A stretch of 64,000 bases of DNA from Acidobacteriota bacterium. GTDB lineage: Bacteria > Acidobacteriota > Vicinamibacteria > Vicinamibacterales > CAVVIG01. The notes under the pieces are model-generated. The model did not search any database. It saw only the letters and a list, made by a program, of their open reading frames with translations, and was not told the DNA's origin. This document shows, piece after piece, positions 36,258-44,288 of this stretch (position 1 is its first letter; the number at the start of each line of letters is the position of its first letter). The stretch is from the NCBI GenBank assembly GCA_040007095.1, contig JBDTVS010000058.1:15719-79718 (forward strand), written 5' to 3'. The position numbers and the translations under genes were made by a program.

Positions 36258-37591
36258 GCCCGTCGCTGGGTAAGGATGGTGAGACGTTGAGGCATCGGGT
36301 GCGCGGGCCGTGGGCCCTGGTCGTGAGTCTCTTTCTTCTGGCGCTGACGCCGCGTGTCTTTGCCGACTCGTGCTTCGAGCGGGCCACGTCGATTCGTCAA
36401 GGAAGCATTCCGTACGGCCAGCCCGATGGCGATTGTGATGCGGGCGGAAAAGCAGGTGCGTACTTCTCGTGGTTTGCCGCGGGCGCGGCAGCTGCAGCCG
36501 CGGCACGGGCGGCGGCTCGCCGGACGCAACAGGGCAAGGCCGAGCGGCCCAACCATTGGCCCACCAACCTGACAGGACCGACGGCGTTCTGCGAACTGGG
36601 CACGGCGATCGCCCAGGAGGACTATCTGCAGACGAAAGTGCCGACGCAGGGAGGGGGCGAGCGCGACCTCAACGATATCGAGAAGACGCTGTACCTCTAC
36701 GAGCGGATGCGGGAAGCCGCGAGGGTGTATGGCCTGAAGGCGCCGACCGAGGGATTCGATTTCATGGACAAATACAAGGTCGGGTTGAGCCGTCGCGATA
36801 CGCTCGTCTCCTGGGGCGTCATCGCCGGTGCCACCCTGCTCGGCGGTTTGGCCGGGAGCGCGGTTTTTGGTCCTGCCGGGTACCTGATCGGTCCCTCACT
36901 CGGGGGACTGGCTGGCACACTCGCGGGAATACTTGGCACGGTCACCGGGGCCTTGGCTTCCGGAGCCGCAGCGCTCCTGTCGGGTTTCGCGACCAACGTG
37001 GGCGATGCGGCTGACCGGTCGATGGACCGGTTCACCGACAAGCAGATTCAGCTCGGTGGCACCGGAATCGGCGCGGTTATCGGCGGCCTGGTCGGAACCC
37101 TGGGGGGTCCTCCCGGCGTGGCGGTCGGGATCGCGGGTGGCGGAATTCTGGGCACCATGCTGTCGCGGCTGTTCACCGGTGGCGACCAGGAGGAGGTCGA
37201 CAGTCTCAAAATGAGCGGAGTCGGCCACTGTGGAGAGTGGTCGCTGGCCTTCAGCAGGCTGCTCAAATGCGCCGGCGTGGCGCAGCAGAAGGTGGCCTAT
37301 GCCGATCACAAACCGGATTCTGTTGCGAGCTACGGCTTTGGCGGGACCGACACGACCGTGATCGTCAAGGACGGCGACGGCAAGAATCGGGTCTTCGACA
37401 TCTTTCGAGAGATGTATGAATCGAAGAACAAAAATCTTCCGTCCGACAAGAGCGTCTTCTCGAATCTGCCAATGACCGCCGGGGATCTTCAACCTTACGA
37501 CTCGATCGACCAGACGCCCAGGGTCTGGCAAAAGGCGATGAAAAAGGAGTTCATCAAGGACAACCAGGGCAACGTGCTCTGGCAGCAGTAA
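36254..37591 (+). CDS. Exported glycine-zipper membrane protein with a C-terminal transglutaminase/papain-like Cys motif (candidate effector)
   Basis: 445 aa. Signal peptide (..LLALTPRVFA). Two long GxxxG-rich blocks (GGLAGSAVFGPAGYLIGPSLGGLAGTLAGILGTVTGALASGAA; GGTGIGAVIGGLVGTLGGPPGVAVGIAGGGILG). 'GVGHCGEWSLAFSRLLKCAGV' resembles the transglutaminase-core Cys motif seen in the genes at 2142 and 5836. Confidence 0.6.
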   Translation: MSPSLGKDGETLRHRVRGPWALVVSLFLLALTPRVFADSCFERATSIRQGSIPYGQPDGDCDAGGKAGAYFSWFAAGAAAAAAARAAARRTQQGKAERPNHWPTNLTGPTAFCELGTAIAQEDYLQTKVPTQGGGERDLNDIEKTLYLYERMREAARVYGLKAPTEGFDFMDKYKVGLSRRDTLVSWGVIAGATLLGGLAGSAVFGPAGYLIGPSLGGLAGTLAGILGTVTGALASGAAALLSGFATNVGDAADRSMDRFTDKQIQLGGTGIGAVIGGLVGTLGGPPGVAVGIAGGGILGTMLSRLFTGGDQEEVDSLKMSGVGHCGEWSLAFSRLLKCAGVAQQKVAYADHKPDSVASYGFGGTDTTVIVKDGDGKNRVFDIFREMYESKNKNLPSDKSVFSNLPMTAGDLQPYDSIDQTPRVWQKAMKKEFIKDNQGNVLWQQ

Positions 37592-37672
37592 GCGACTGCC
37601 GGAGTCCGATGATATGCTTTCCGCCATTCTGCAATACGCCGCAGCAGTCATTTCGCCGGGAGAAGTCCGCGC

Positions 37673-38284
37673 GTGACAGCCGCGATCTGGCGCCGACCCT
37701 CAATACTTCTGGCGTTCTTCGCCGCGTCGACCTCGGGGCTGGCCATCCTGCTGTACGCCGCCCGCCTGATGACGCTGACCTACGCCGTCTGGATCCTGGC
37801 GCCGCTGACTGCCCTGTTGTTCATCGCGCTGCTGGCGGCGACGGGGCTGAACCCGGAAGACCAGCTGGTTGACCGTCTGCGCGGCGGGCTGATCGCGGGC
37901 TTCATTGGCTTGGTGGCGTACGACATCGTTCGGCTCTTGATCCTGTTGGCGGGAGTGCCCTTCAATCCGTTTCGGCCGATCGAGGTGTACGGACTCCTCA
38001 TCCTTGACCGCTTCGATGACACACTGCTGACGAAGTCGGTTGGCTGGGCCTTTCACATATGGAATGGCCTGTCGTTCGCAGCGATGTATACGCTGGCGGT
38101 CGGACGGGGGCGCGTGCTGTGGGGACTGCTCTGGGGGCTGACGCTGGAGGTGGCGATGCTCTCGAGCTACCCGTCCATCTTTCAGCTATCGGTGAACCGG
38201 CCGTTCGTGATTGTGAGCCTCACGGGACATTTCTTTTACGGCCTCGCCATTGGCATCGCGGCGCGCCGGTTCGTTCGATCCTGA
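37673..38284 (+). CDS. Polytopic membrane protein of unknown function
   Basis: 203 aa with about six hydrophobic helices. No recognisable motif. Confidence 0.6.
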   Translation: MTAAIWRRPSILLAFFAASTSGLAILLYAARLMTLTYAVWILAPLTALLFIALLAATGLNPEDQLVDRLRGGLIAGFIGLVAYDIVRLLILLAGVPFNPFRPIEVYGLLILDRFDDTLLTKSVGWAFHIWNGLSFAAMYTLAVGRGRVLWGLLWGLTLEVAMLSSYPSIFQLSVNRPFVIVSLTGHFFYGLAIGIAARRFVRS

Positions 38285-38695
38285 TTAGAGCTTCCCGTCC
38301 AGAGGCCTTTGGGCTCGACGCGCACCACCCACACCGATAGGCTCGGCACGTCAGTCAGCAAGAGCCGGACAGCGTCGACGATCCCGCGGCCGCGCTGGGT
38401 CATCTTCACGAGTGTGCGTGACTTTCGCGTCTTGGAATTCAGATTGACCTCGGCGGGACTCGACCCTGCTCCACCACAGCCGCCGCTGTTTGCAAACCCC
38501 GCCACCATTCTCGTTGCGCCTTCTTGGATCGGATGCGTATGATACACGTGCCAAATCAAGCATTCGCGTTGAACCCTCGACGCAGGCCGAAGCCGCAGAG
38601 GTAAAGGCCCAGCTTCACAACCGCCGCGCTGCATGGCGGCGACGTAGTCGTTCGAAGGGTTTCCCGCTCACGATCCGGATTGAGAGGACCTGACT

Positions 38696-39388
38696 ATGGC
38701 TCTGAGACCAGGCGGCGAACTAGCGACCCGGCCACTCCATTTCATCTGGATCTGCGATTGTTCCGGATCGATGGCGGTCGACGGCAAGATCCAGTCGTTG
38801 AACAACGCGATCCGCGAAGCCGTTCCGCACATGCAGAAGATCGCCGACGAGAATCCCAACGCTCAGGTGCTGGTGCGTTCGTTGATGTTCTCGACCGGCG
38901 CCAGTTGGCATGTGTCGCAACCGACGCCGATCGCCAGCTTCACCTGGTCTGATTTGACCGCCGACGGCGTCACCGACATGGGTCAGGCACTCTCGTCGGT
39001 CGCGAAGGAACTGCGCATTCCACCGATGACCGATCGCGCGCTGCCACCGGTGCTGGTGCTGATTTCCGACGGCCGTCCCACCGACGACTGGAACGCGGGG
39101 CTCAAGGAACTGATGTCGCTTCCCTGGGGAAAGAAATCGGTGCGCGTCGCGATTGCGATTGGCGACGATGCGGACCTCGACGTGCTGCAGGAATTTATCG
39201 GTCCAACCGGTCCGGCGCCGCTGCAGGCGAACAATCCAGAAGCGCTCGTCGGGTACATCAGGTGGGTATCGACGGTCGTGCTGCAATCGGTGTCGCAGCC
39301 CGCGAGCCAGGTCGATCCGAACGCCGCACTGATCCCCGAGGCGCCAAGCGCAGACGATCTCGGCGCGGCCGCGGCCACCATCTGGTAA
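38696..39388 (+). CDS. vWA domain protein (TerY-like)
   Basis: 230 aa. MIDAS motif 'FIWICDCSGSM', '..VTDMGQAL..' and '..VLVLISDGRPTD..'. No signal or TM segment. Its TAA stop overlaps the PP2C ATG (TAATG). Confidence 0.85.
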   Translation: MALRPGGELATRPLHFIWICDCSGSMAVDGKIQSLNNAIREAVPHMQKIADENPNAQVLVRSLMFSTGASWHVSQPTPIASFTWSDLTADGVTDMGQALSSVAKELRIPPMTDRALPPVLVLISDGRPTDDWNAGLKELMSLPWGKKSVRVAIAIGDDADLDVLQEFIGPTGPAPLQANNPEALVGYIRWVSTVVLQSVSQPASQVDPNAALIPEAPSADDLGAAAATIW

Positions 39389-40467
39389 TGAACGGCGGCG
39401 TTTCAGCGTGGCAGCTGATCGGTGAGTGCGTTCGTGGCGCGTCCCACGTGCGGAACGTTTCGCCGAATCAGGATGCGATTGCGTGGCGAGTCGATTCGAC
39501 GACGAACCGTGCGGCCATCATGGCCGTGTCCGACGGTCACGGCAGCGCGAAGTGCTTTCGAAGCGATGCGGGGTCCAGGCTCGCCGTGAACGCGGCCCTT
39601 CGCATCCTGGAAAGTTTTGCATGCAATCCCGCGCCGGTGGATCTGACGGCAGTGGATGGTCAGGCGGCGGATGGTACCGCGGCGGATGCCAAGGCGAACG
39701 ATGGCATCGAAGCCGGGCGCAATGGGCCTGATGGGAACGGGGCCGCGCCCGATCGCCACTCCCGACTGGCTCAGAACATCGTCCTCGAATGGCAGAAGGA
39801 TGTCGACGCGGCGCTAGAGGAGCATCCGCTTTCAACCGAGGAGATGGAGTCGCTCGAGGCGCGAGAGGGCGCCGCGGCTCGTCAGGCCGTGGACCGCAAT
39901 CCTCGCCTGGCTTACGGCGCCACGCTGCTTGCCGCGGTGATTACCGATGCCTACATCCTCTACCTTCAGCTCGGCGACGGCGACATCGTCACCGTCTCGG
40001 ATACGGGGGCCGCGAGCCGGCCGCTCGAACACGATCAGCGGTTGTTCGCGAACGAGACGACGTCGCTCTGCGCCCGAGACGCCTGGCGCGAGATTCGCGT
40101 TCGCTGCGACGAACCGGCCGAACCGGCGCCCGCGTTGATCCTGCTGTCAACCGACGGCTACGCCAATTCCTTCAGAACCGATGCGGGATTTCTGGCGGTG
40201 GGATCGGATCTGCTCGAGATCATCCGCGCCGAAGGGCTCGACAGCGTCGGCGGTCATCTGGAGGGCTGGCTGACCGAGACGTCCCAGGGCGGCAGCGGCG
40301 ATGACATTACACTTGGCATTCTGTGCCGGATGGACGCGGTCGCGTCGTCCAGTAGGTCGTCCAGTAGGTCGTCCAGTAGGTCGTCCAGCAGGTCGTCCAG
40401 CAGATCGCCCGGCGACGACCCGGCGATCCCGCCCGGACCCGCGGACACAACCGAAGTGGCCCGTTGA
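39388..40467 (+). CDS. PP2C-family Ser/Thr protein phosphatase with a C-terminal (SSSR)5 tail
   Basis: Start chosen at MNGGVSAWQLIGECVRGASHVRN..NQDA. Motifs '..AVSDGHGS..' and '..LLSTDGY..' match PP2C metal-binding signatures. Confidence 0.85.
   Translation: MNGGVSAWQLIGECVRGASHVRNVSPNQDAIAWRVDSTTNRAAIMAVSDGHGSAKCFRSDAGSRLAVNAALRILESFACNPAPVDLTAVDGQAADGTAADAKANDGIEAGRNGPDGNGAAPDRHSRLAQNIVLEWQKDVDAALEEHPLSTEEMESLEAREGAAARQAVDRNPRLAYGATLLAAVITDAYILYLQLGDGDIVTVSDTGAASRPLEHDQRLFANETTSLCARDAWREIRVRCDEPAEPAPALILLSTDGYANSFRTDAGFLAVGSDLLEIIRAEGLDSVGGHLEGWLTETSQGGSGDDITLGILCRMDAVASSSRSSSRSSSRSSSRSSSRSPGDDPAIPPGPADTTEVAR
40344..40403. repeat. In-frame 12-bp tandem repeat x5 encoding (SSSR)5
   Basis: gtcgtccagtag x3 followed by gtcgtccagcag x2. 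Confidence 0.85.
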
Positions 40468-41786
40468 ACCAGATCCTCGAGACCAATCAGATCGTACGGA
40501 CCAGCCCTTCGGCCCTGCAGTGCCGGGTTCTGCGGCTGCTCGGGGGCGGCGGACAGGGCGAAGTCTATCTGGCCGATCTCCACGGCAAGCTGGTCGCCTT
40601 GAAGTGGTATCGGCCGATCGCGGCCACGCCACGGCAGCAGACCGGACTCGAAGAGCTCGTGAGGAAGGGGTCTCCAGACGAGCGGTTTCTCTGGCCGCTC
40701 GAGCTGGCGTTCGACCCCCAGACTCCCGGATTCGGGTACGTGATGCTGCTGCGCGAGCCGCGCTTCAAGAGCCTCTACGATCTGATGAAGTGCCGGATCG
40801 CGCCGAGCTTTCGCACGCTCGCCACGGTCGGCCTGTCGCTGTCGGACGCGTTCCTCCGCTTGCATTCCCAGGGCCTCTGCTACCGGGACATCAATTTCGG
40901 CAACGTGTTCTTCGATCCCGATACCGGCGAGGTTCTGATTTGCGATAACGACAACGTCGCGGTTGACGGAGAAGACGAGGGCGTGCTCGGCACGCCGCGT
41001 TTCATGGCGCCCGAGATCGTGCGCGGCGACGCCAGGCCGACGTCGCAATCCGATTTGTTCTCGCTGGCCGTGCTGCTCTTCTACATCTTCATGGTGCACC
41101 ACCCGCTCGAAGGTGCCCAGGAAGCGTCGATCAAGGCGCTCGATGCGCCGGCGATGAAGTGGCTGTACGGCACCAAGCCGGTATTCATCTTCGATCCCGT
41201 CGATCGATGCAATGCGCCGGTGCCCGGACTGCACGACAACGCGGTGATCTACTGGTCGATCTACCCGCAGTTTTTCCGCGACCTCTTCACCAAGGCGTTC
41301 ACCGACGGGATCCGTGATCCGCGCAACGGCAGGGTGCGCGAGAGTGAATGGCGCGCCACGATGGTCCGGCTGCGGGACTCGATCGTTTATTGTCCCGCCT
41401 GCAATGAGCAGAACTTCTACGACGGCGACGCGCTGAAAGCGTCCGGCGGCAAGGCACCAGCATGCTGGGCCTGTCAGAAGGAGGTTCGCCTGCCGCCGCG
41501 AATCCGGATCGGCAAGAGCACAATCGTGATGCTCAACCACGACACGCGCCTGTTCCCGCACCATGTGGACGACCGCTGCGGCTACGATTTCTCCGAGCCG
41601 ATCGCGGAGGTGGCGAAGCATCCGACCGACGCGCGGATCTGGGGGCTCAAGAACGTCTCGAAGACACAATGGACCGGCCAGATCGCCGACGGCACGACCA
41701 GGGATGTGCCGCCAGGACGCAGCGTAACGCTGGCGGCCGGGACACGGATCAATTTCGGTCAGCGAGAGGGCGAGATTCGGGTGTGA
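40464..41786 (+). CDS. Ser/Thr protein kinase with a C-terminal zinc ribbon and an FHA-like module
   Basis: 440 aa. The TTG start overlaps the PP2C stop. Gly-loop LGGGGQGEVY, VALK lysine, catalytic YRDINFGN, DND (DFG-equivalent), GTPRFMAPE. Then CPAC...CWAC, then a module containing ..AEVAKHPTDARIWGLKNVSKTQW......V.PGRSVTL..G..INFG. Confidence 0.9.
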   Translation: MNQILETNQIVRTSPSALQCRVLRLLGGGGQGEVYLADLHGKLVALKWYRPIAATPRQQTGLEELVRKGSPDERFLWPLELAFDPQTPGFGYVMLLREPRFKSLYDLMKCRIAPSFRTLATVGLSLSDAFLRLHSQGLCYRDINFGNVFFDPDTGEVLICDNDNVAVDGEDEGVLGTPRFMAPEIVRGDARPTSQSDLFSLAVLLFYIFMVHHPLEGAQEASIKALDAPAMKWLYGTKPVFIFDPVDRCNAPVPGLHDNAVIYWSIYPQFFRDLFTKAFTDGIRDPRNGRVRESEWRATMVRLRDSIVYCPACNEQNFYDGDALKASGGKAPACWACQKEVRLPPRIRIGKSTIVMLNHDTRLFPHHVDDRCGYDFSEPIAEVAKHPTDARIWGLKNVSKTQWTGQIADGTTRDVPPGRSVTLAAGTRINFGQREGEIRV

Positions 41787-41941
41787 GCCTGATGCCGTTG
41801 GGAAATTCCGTAACGGTTTGTGGCCTGAGACCAGGGCGCTCCAGGCAAGCGACGAGCAACGTGAGCAGGCGATAGACAGCGGACCAGAATGTTTATGTGA
41901 TTCGTTTCGGTTCCCACACCGAACGGTTTTGCGGATCAGCC

Positions 41942-42805
41942 ATGGATAATCAGCCACGACAGAGCCTTCGCGACCTCGTTGCCAAGCACGGCAAGAACGT
42001 CTGTGACGACCCACGGCGATGCGAAGCGTTGTTGCGGGACGCCTGCGGGGCGCACAAACGCGAACTGAACATCCTGATGAACGCGCTCCGCGAGCGCGTG
42101 CCGACGGACCTGCAGACGGGCGATCCCAGACTGCCGCAGGACATCCTGTTGTCGCGGCTCACGACCCGGCTGACGGACCTCGGGCTGGCCGAGGATGCGG
42201 CGCGATGGTCGGTGGATTCATGGGCCCTCGCGCTCGGCGTGATCGCGAAGCCGCGTCCCGATGCGCCGGCGGCGGCGCCATCCCAAGGTCCGACCGGGAC
42301 AACGCAGCGCACAGCGACGCCGAAGCCGCCGAAGCCGACGACACCGGTGGTCGCGGCGAAACCCGTGGTCGCGGTGAAGCGTCCGTCGAGCGCATCACCT
42401 TCGTCGAGTGGATCATCGTCGCCGGGCACTGGCACCTTCGCAAGCCGCTCGACGCCGTCGACGCCCACCGTCTCCTCCGGACCCAGTCGTGCGGGCGCGT
42501 CACCGCCGCCGGCAAGCAACCCCGCGAAGAGCGGTGGCTCTTCCGGATCGGGCGGAGCCCTCCAAGGCTTGTGGGAGTTTGGAGGGTTCCTCCTCTCGAT
42601 TCCGCTGCTGTTCGGATCGGCCATCGTTGTCGCCGGAGCGATGTTCTGGACGCTCTCTCAGATGGGATATGAGTACAAGCAGCTGTCGTCCACCGCTCAA
42701 GCCCTGATAGGCATCCTTTTCCTCGGATTGACGGTCCTCGTGATGGGGGCCATCGTAGCCCTATTCGAAAAGCTCAAGGAGCTGTTTACGCAGTCTCCGA
42801 AGTAG
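41942..42805 (+). CDS. Membrane protein: N-terminal helical domain, long Ser/Thr/Pro-rich linker, two C-terminal TM helices
   Basis: Start chosen at MDNQPRQSLRDLVAKHGKNVCDDPRRCEALLRDACGAHKRELNILMNALRERVP. A ~110-aa S/T/P/A low-complexity stretch follows, then two hydrophobic helices. Confidence 0.6.
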   Translation: MDNQPRQSLRDLVAKHGKNVCDDPRRCEALLRDACGAHKRELNILMNALRERVPTDLQTGDPRLPQDILLSRLTTRLTDLGLAEDAARWSVDSWALALGVIAKPRPDAPAAAPSQGPTGTTQRTATPKPPKPTTPVVAAKPVVAVKRPSSASPSSSGSSSPGTGTFASRSTPSTPTVSSGPSRAGASPPPASNPAKSGGSSGSGGALQGLWEFGGFLLSIPLLFGSAIVVAGAMFWTLSQMGYEYKQLSSTAQALIGILFLGLTVLVMGAIVALFEKLKELFTQSPK

Positions 42806-43068
42806 GGACGTTCGAACGACCTCTCTGCTTTCATAGCCGGCCGGAATCGAACGAAAGACTGAGCCGGGATTCCACGTGCCATTGGTGCCGTCGTAGGGTT
42901 CGAAGACGGGCGCTGCCGTGTCTTTGTAGATGATGCAGCACGATGCGGCCGGGCTGACGGGGCCGACCCACGGACATGCCCACGCGCCCTCCGACGCATC
43001 CTCGGTCCCGTGGTTGGCGTGCCGGCACGAGCCGCAGGTGTCAGCCGCGACGTTGTGGGTCAACGTTC

Positions 43069-43306
43069 ATGCCTTCCGGAAATTCAAGCGCGAGCATGAC
43101 CAAAAAATAAGTCGCTTTGCGAACAGCTCGGCGCCGCGGGAAACCGCTGCTCCGGGTTGTGGATACAGCAGGCGCAGCTCCGCGAGCTGCGCCGGACTTG
43201 GCCCTTCGTGCGCGCTTTCCCGTCTGTCGCAAGCGTCGCGGCGCTCGCAACGTTCGCTCTCGCGACCCATTTTCCGGTCATTTCGTCAGTGCAGTAATTT
43301 CCGAAA
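43069..43306 (+). repeat. F1 repeat family, full copy C
   Basis: atgccttccggaaattc..catgaccaaaaaataagtcgc..[core, apex ggcgcagctccgcgagctgcgcc]..gcgacccattttccggtcat..aatttccgaaa. It lies 213 bp upstream of cpsB. Confidence 0.75.
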
Positions 43307-43518
43307 GGCCTGCTCATTATCACCGCGTTCGGCCACTTCGCTGTGCGCCTGGCCTGAATCGGCAGCAGCGCGGGCTGGACATCGTATGCTGTACGAGTGC
43401 CAGCACAGAGCAGGAACACCACTTTGCGCGACGCTCTCAAGGTTCGGTCCGCGGTCGATTTTCGGCCAGTGTGTCCAAAGGAATCTAACAAAGCCTCATA
43501 GGTACGGGAAGGATTGAG

Positions 43519-44280
43519 ATGGGGTACGTAGACATCCATAGCCACGTGCTCTACGGGCTGGACGATGGAGCGGAGACGCGCGAGGAGAGCGTGCAGATGC
43601 TCGAACTGGCCGTCCGGTCGGGCACGACTGATATCGTCGCGACGCCGCATGCGAATGGGCGATACCGATTCGCGCCCCACTTGATCGCGGAACAGATCGC
43701 CGAGCTCAGCGCCGGGACCGAGCTGCGTATCTATCCAGGCTGCGATTTTCATCTGCAGTTCGACAACATCGAGGATGCGGTCGCCCATCCCGAGAAGTAC
43801 ACTATCAATCACAAGGGCTATCTGCTGGTCGAGTTCCCCGATGTCGGTTTCTTCACCGAAACCGACGCGATTCTCGGCCGGCTGCTCGACGGCGGCATGG
43901 TGCCCATCGTCACGCACCCCGAGCGCAACCGGGAGTTGCGTCGCCACCTGGACGATATCGCGCGGTGGGTCCAGATCGGTTGCTACGTGCAAGTGACCGC
44001 GGGATCGTACACAGGGACGTTCGGCAAGGGCGCACGACAGACTGCGAACGAGCTGATGCATCGCGGCCTGACGCACTTCGTGGCAAGCGATGCGCACGAT
44101 GTCCAGTTCCGGTCGCCAAGCCTGCTCGAGGCGTACACCTTGCTCGCCGACGAGTGGGGCGAGGATCTGATCCGGCCGCTGTTCGTGGAAAACCCGAGAG
44201 CAGTGTTGACAGGGGCCGCGGTGGACTTCGAACTGCCACCGACCAGCGTCCGGCGGCGGAAGTGGTATCAGTTCTGGTGA
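43519..44280 (+). CDS. cpsB: PHP-family protein-tyrosine phosphatase (CpsB/CapC type)
   Basis: 253 aa. 'VDIHSHVLYGLDDGA', '..ATPH..' and '..VASDAHD..' are the CpsB metal-binding His/Asp motifs. Confidence 0.85.
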   Translation: MGYVDIHSHVLYGLDDGAETREESVQMLELAVRSGTTDIVATPHANGRYRFAPHLIAEQIAELSAGTELRIYPGCDFHLQFDNIEDAVAHPEKYTINHKGYLLVEFPDVGFFTETDAILGRLLDGGMVPIVTHPERNRELRRHLDDIARWVQIGCYVQVTAGSYTGTFGKGARQTANELMHRGLTHFVASDAHDVQFRSPSLLEAYTLLADEWGEDLIRPLFVENPRAVLTGAAVDFELPPTSVRRRKWYQFW

Positions 44281-44288
44281 GCTCTTCC

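Noticed and set aside
38437-38470. tRNA-like T-arm/acceptor fragment (minus strand ggagcagggtcgagtcccgccgaggtca).
   Set aside because: The T-stem has a mismatch and the loop starts GTC rather than TTC. No matching 5' acceptor strand (gacctcg), D-arm or anticodon arm lies within about 90 nt. It is not a functional tRNA and is mentioned only as a possible remnant.
40344-40403. Possible CRISPR or other spacer-containing array among the tandem repeats (also 12917-12987, 17256-17303, 25880-25912, 46190-46760).
   Set aside because: All are short head-to-tail repeats (12-27 bp) without unique spacers. They lie in frame inside ORFs and encode low-complexity peptide repeats. No cas genes are present.
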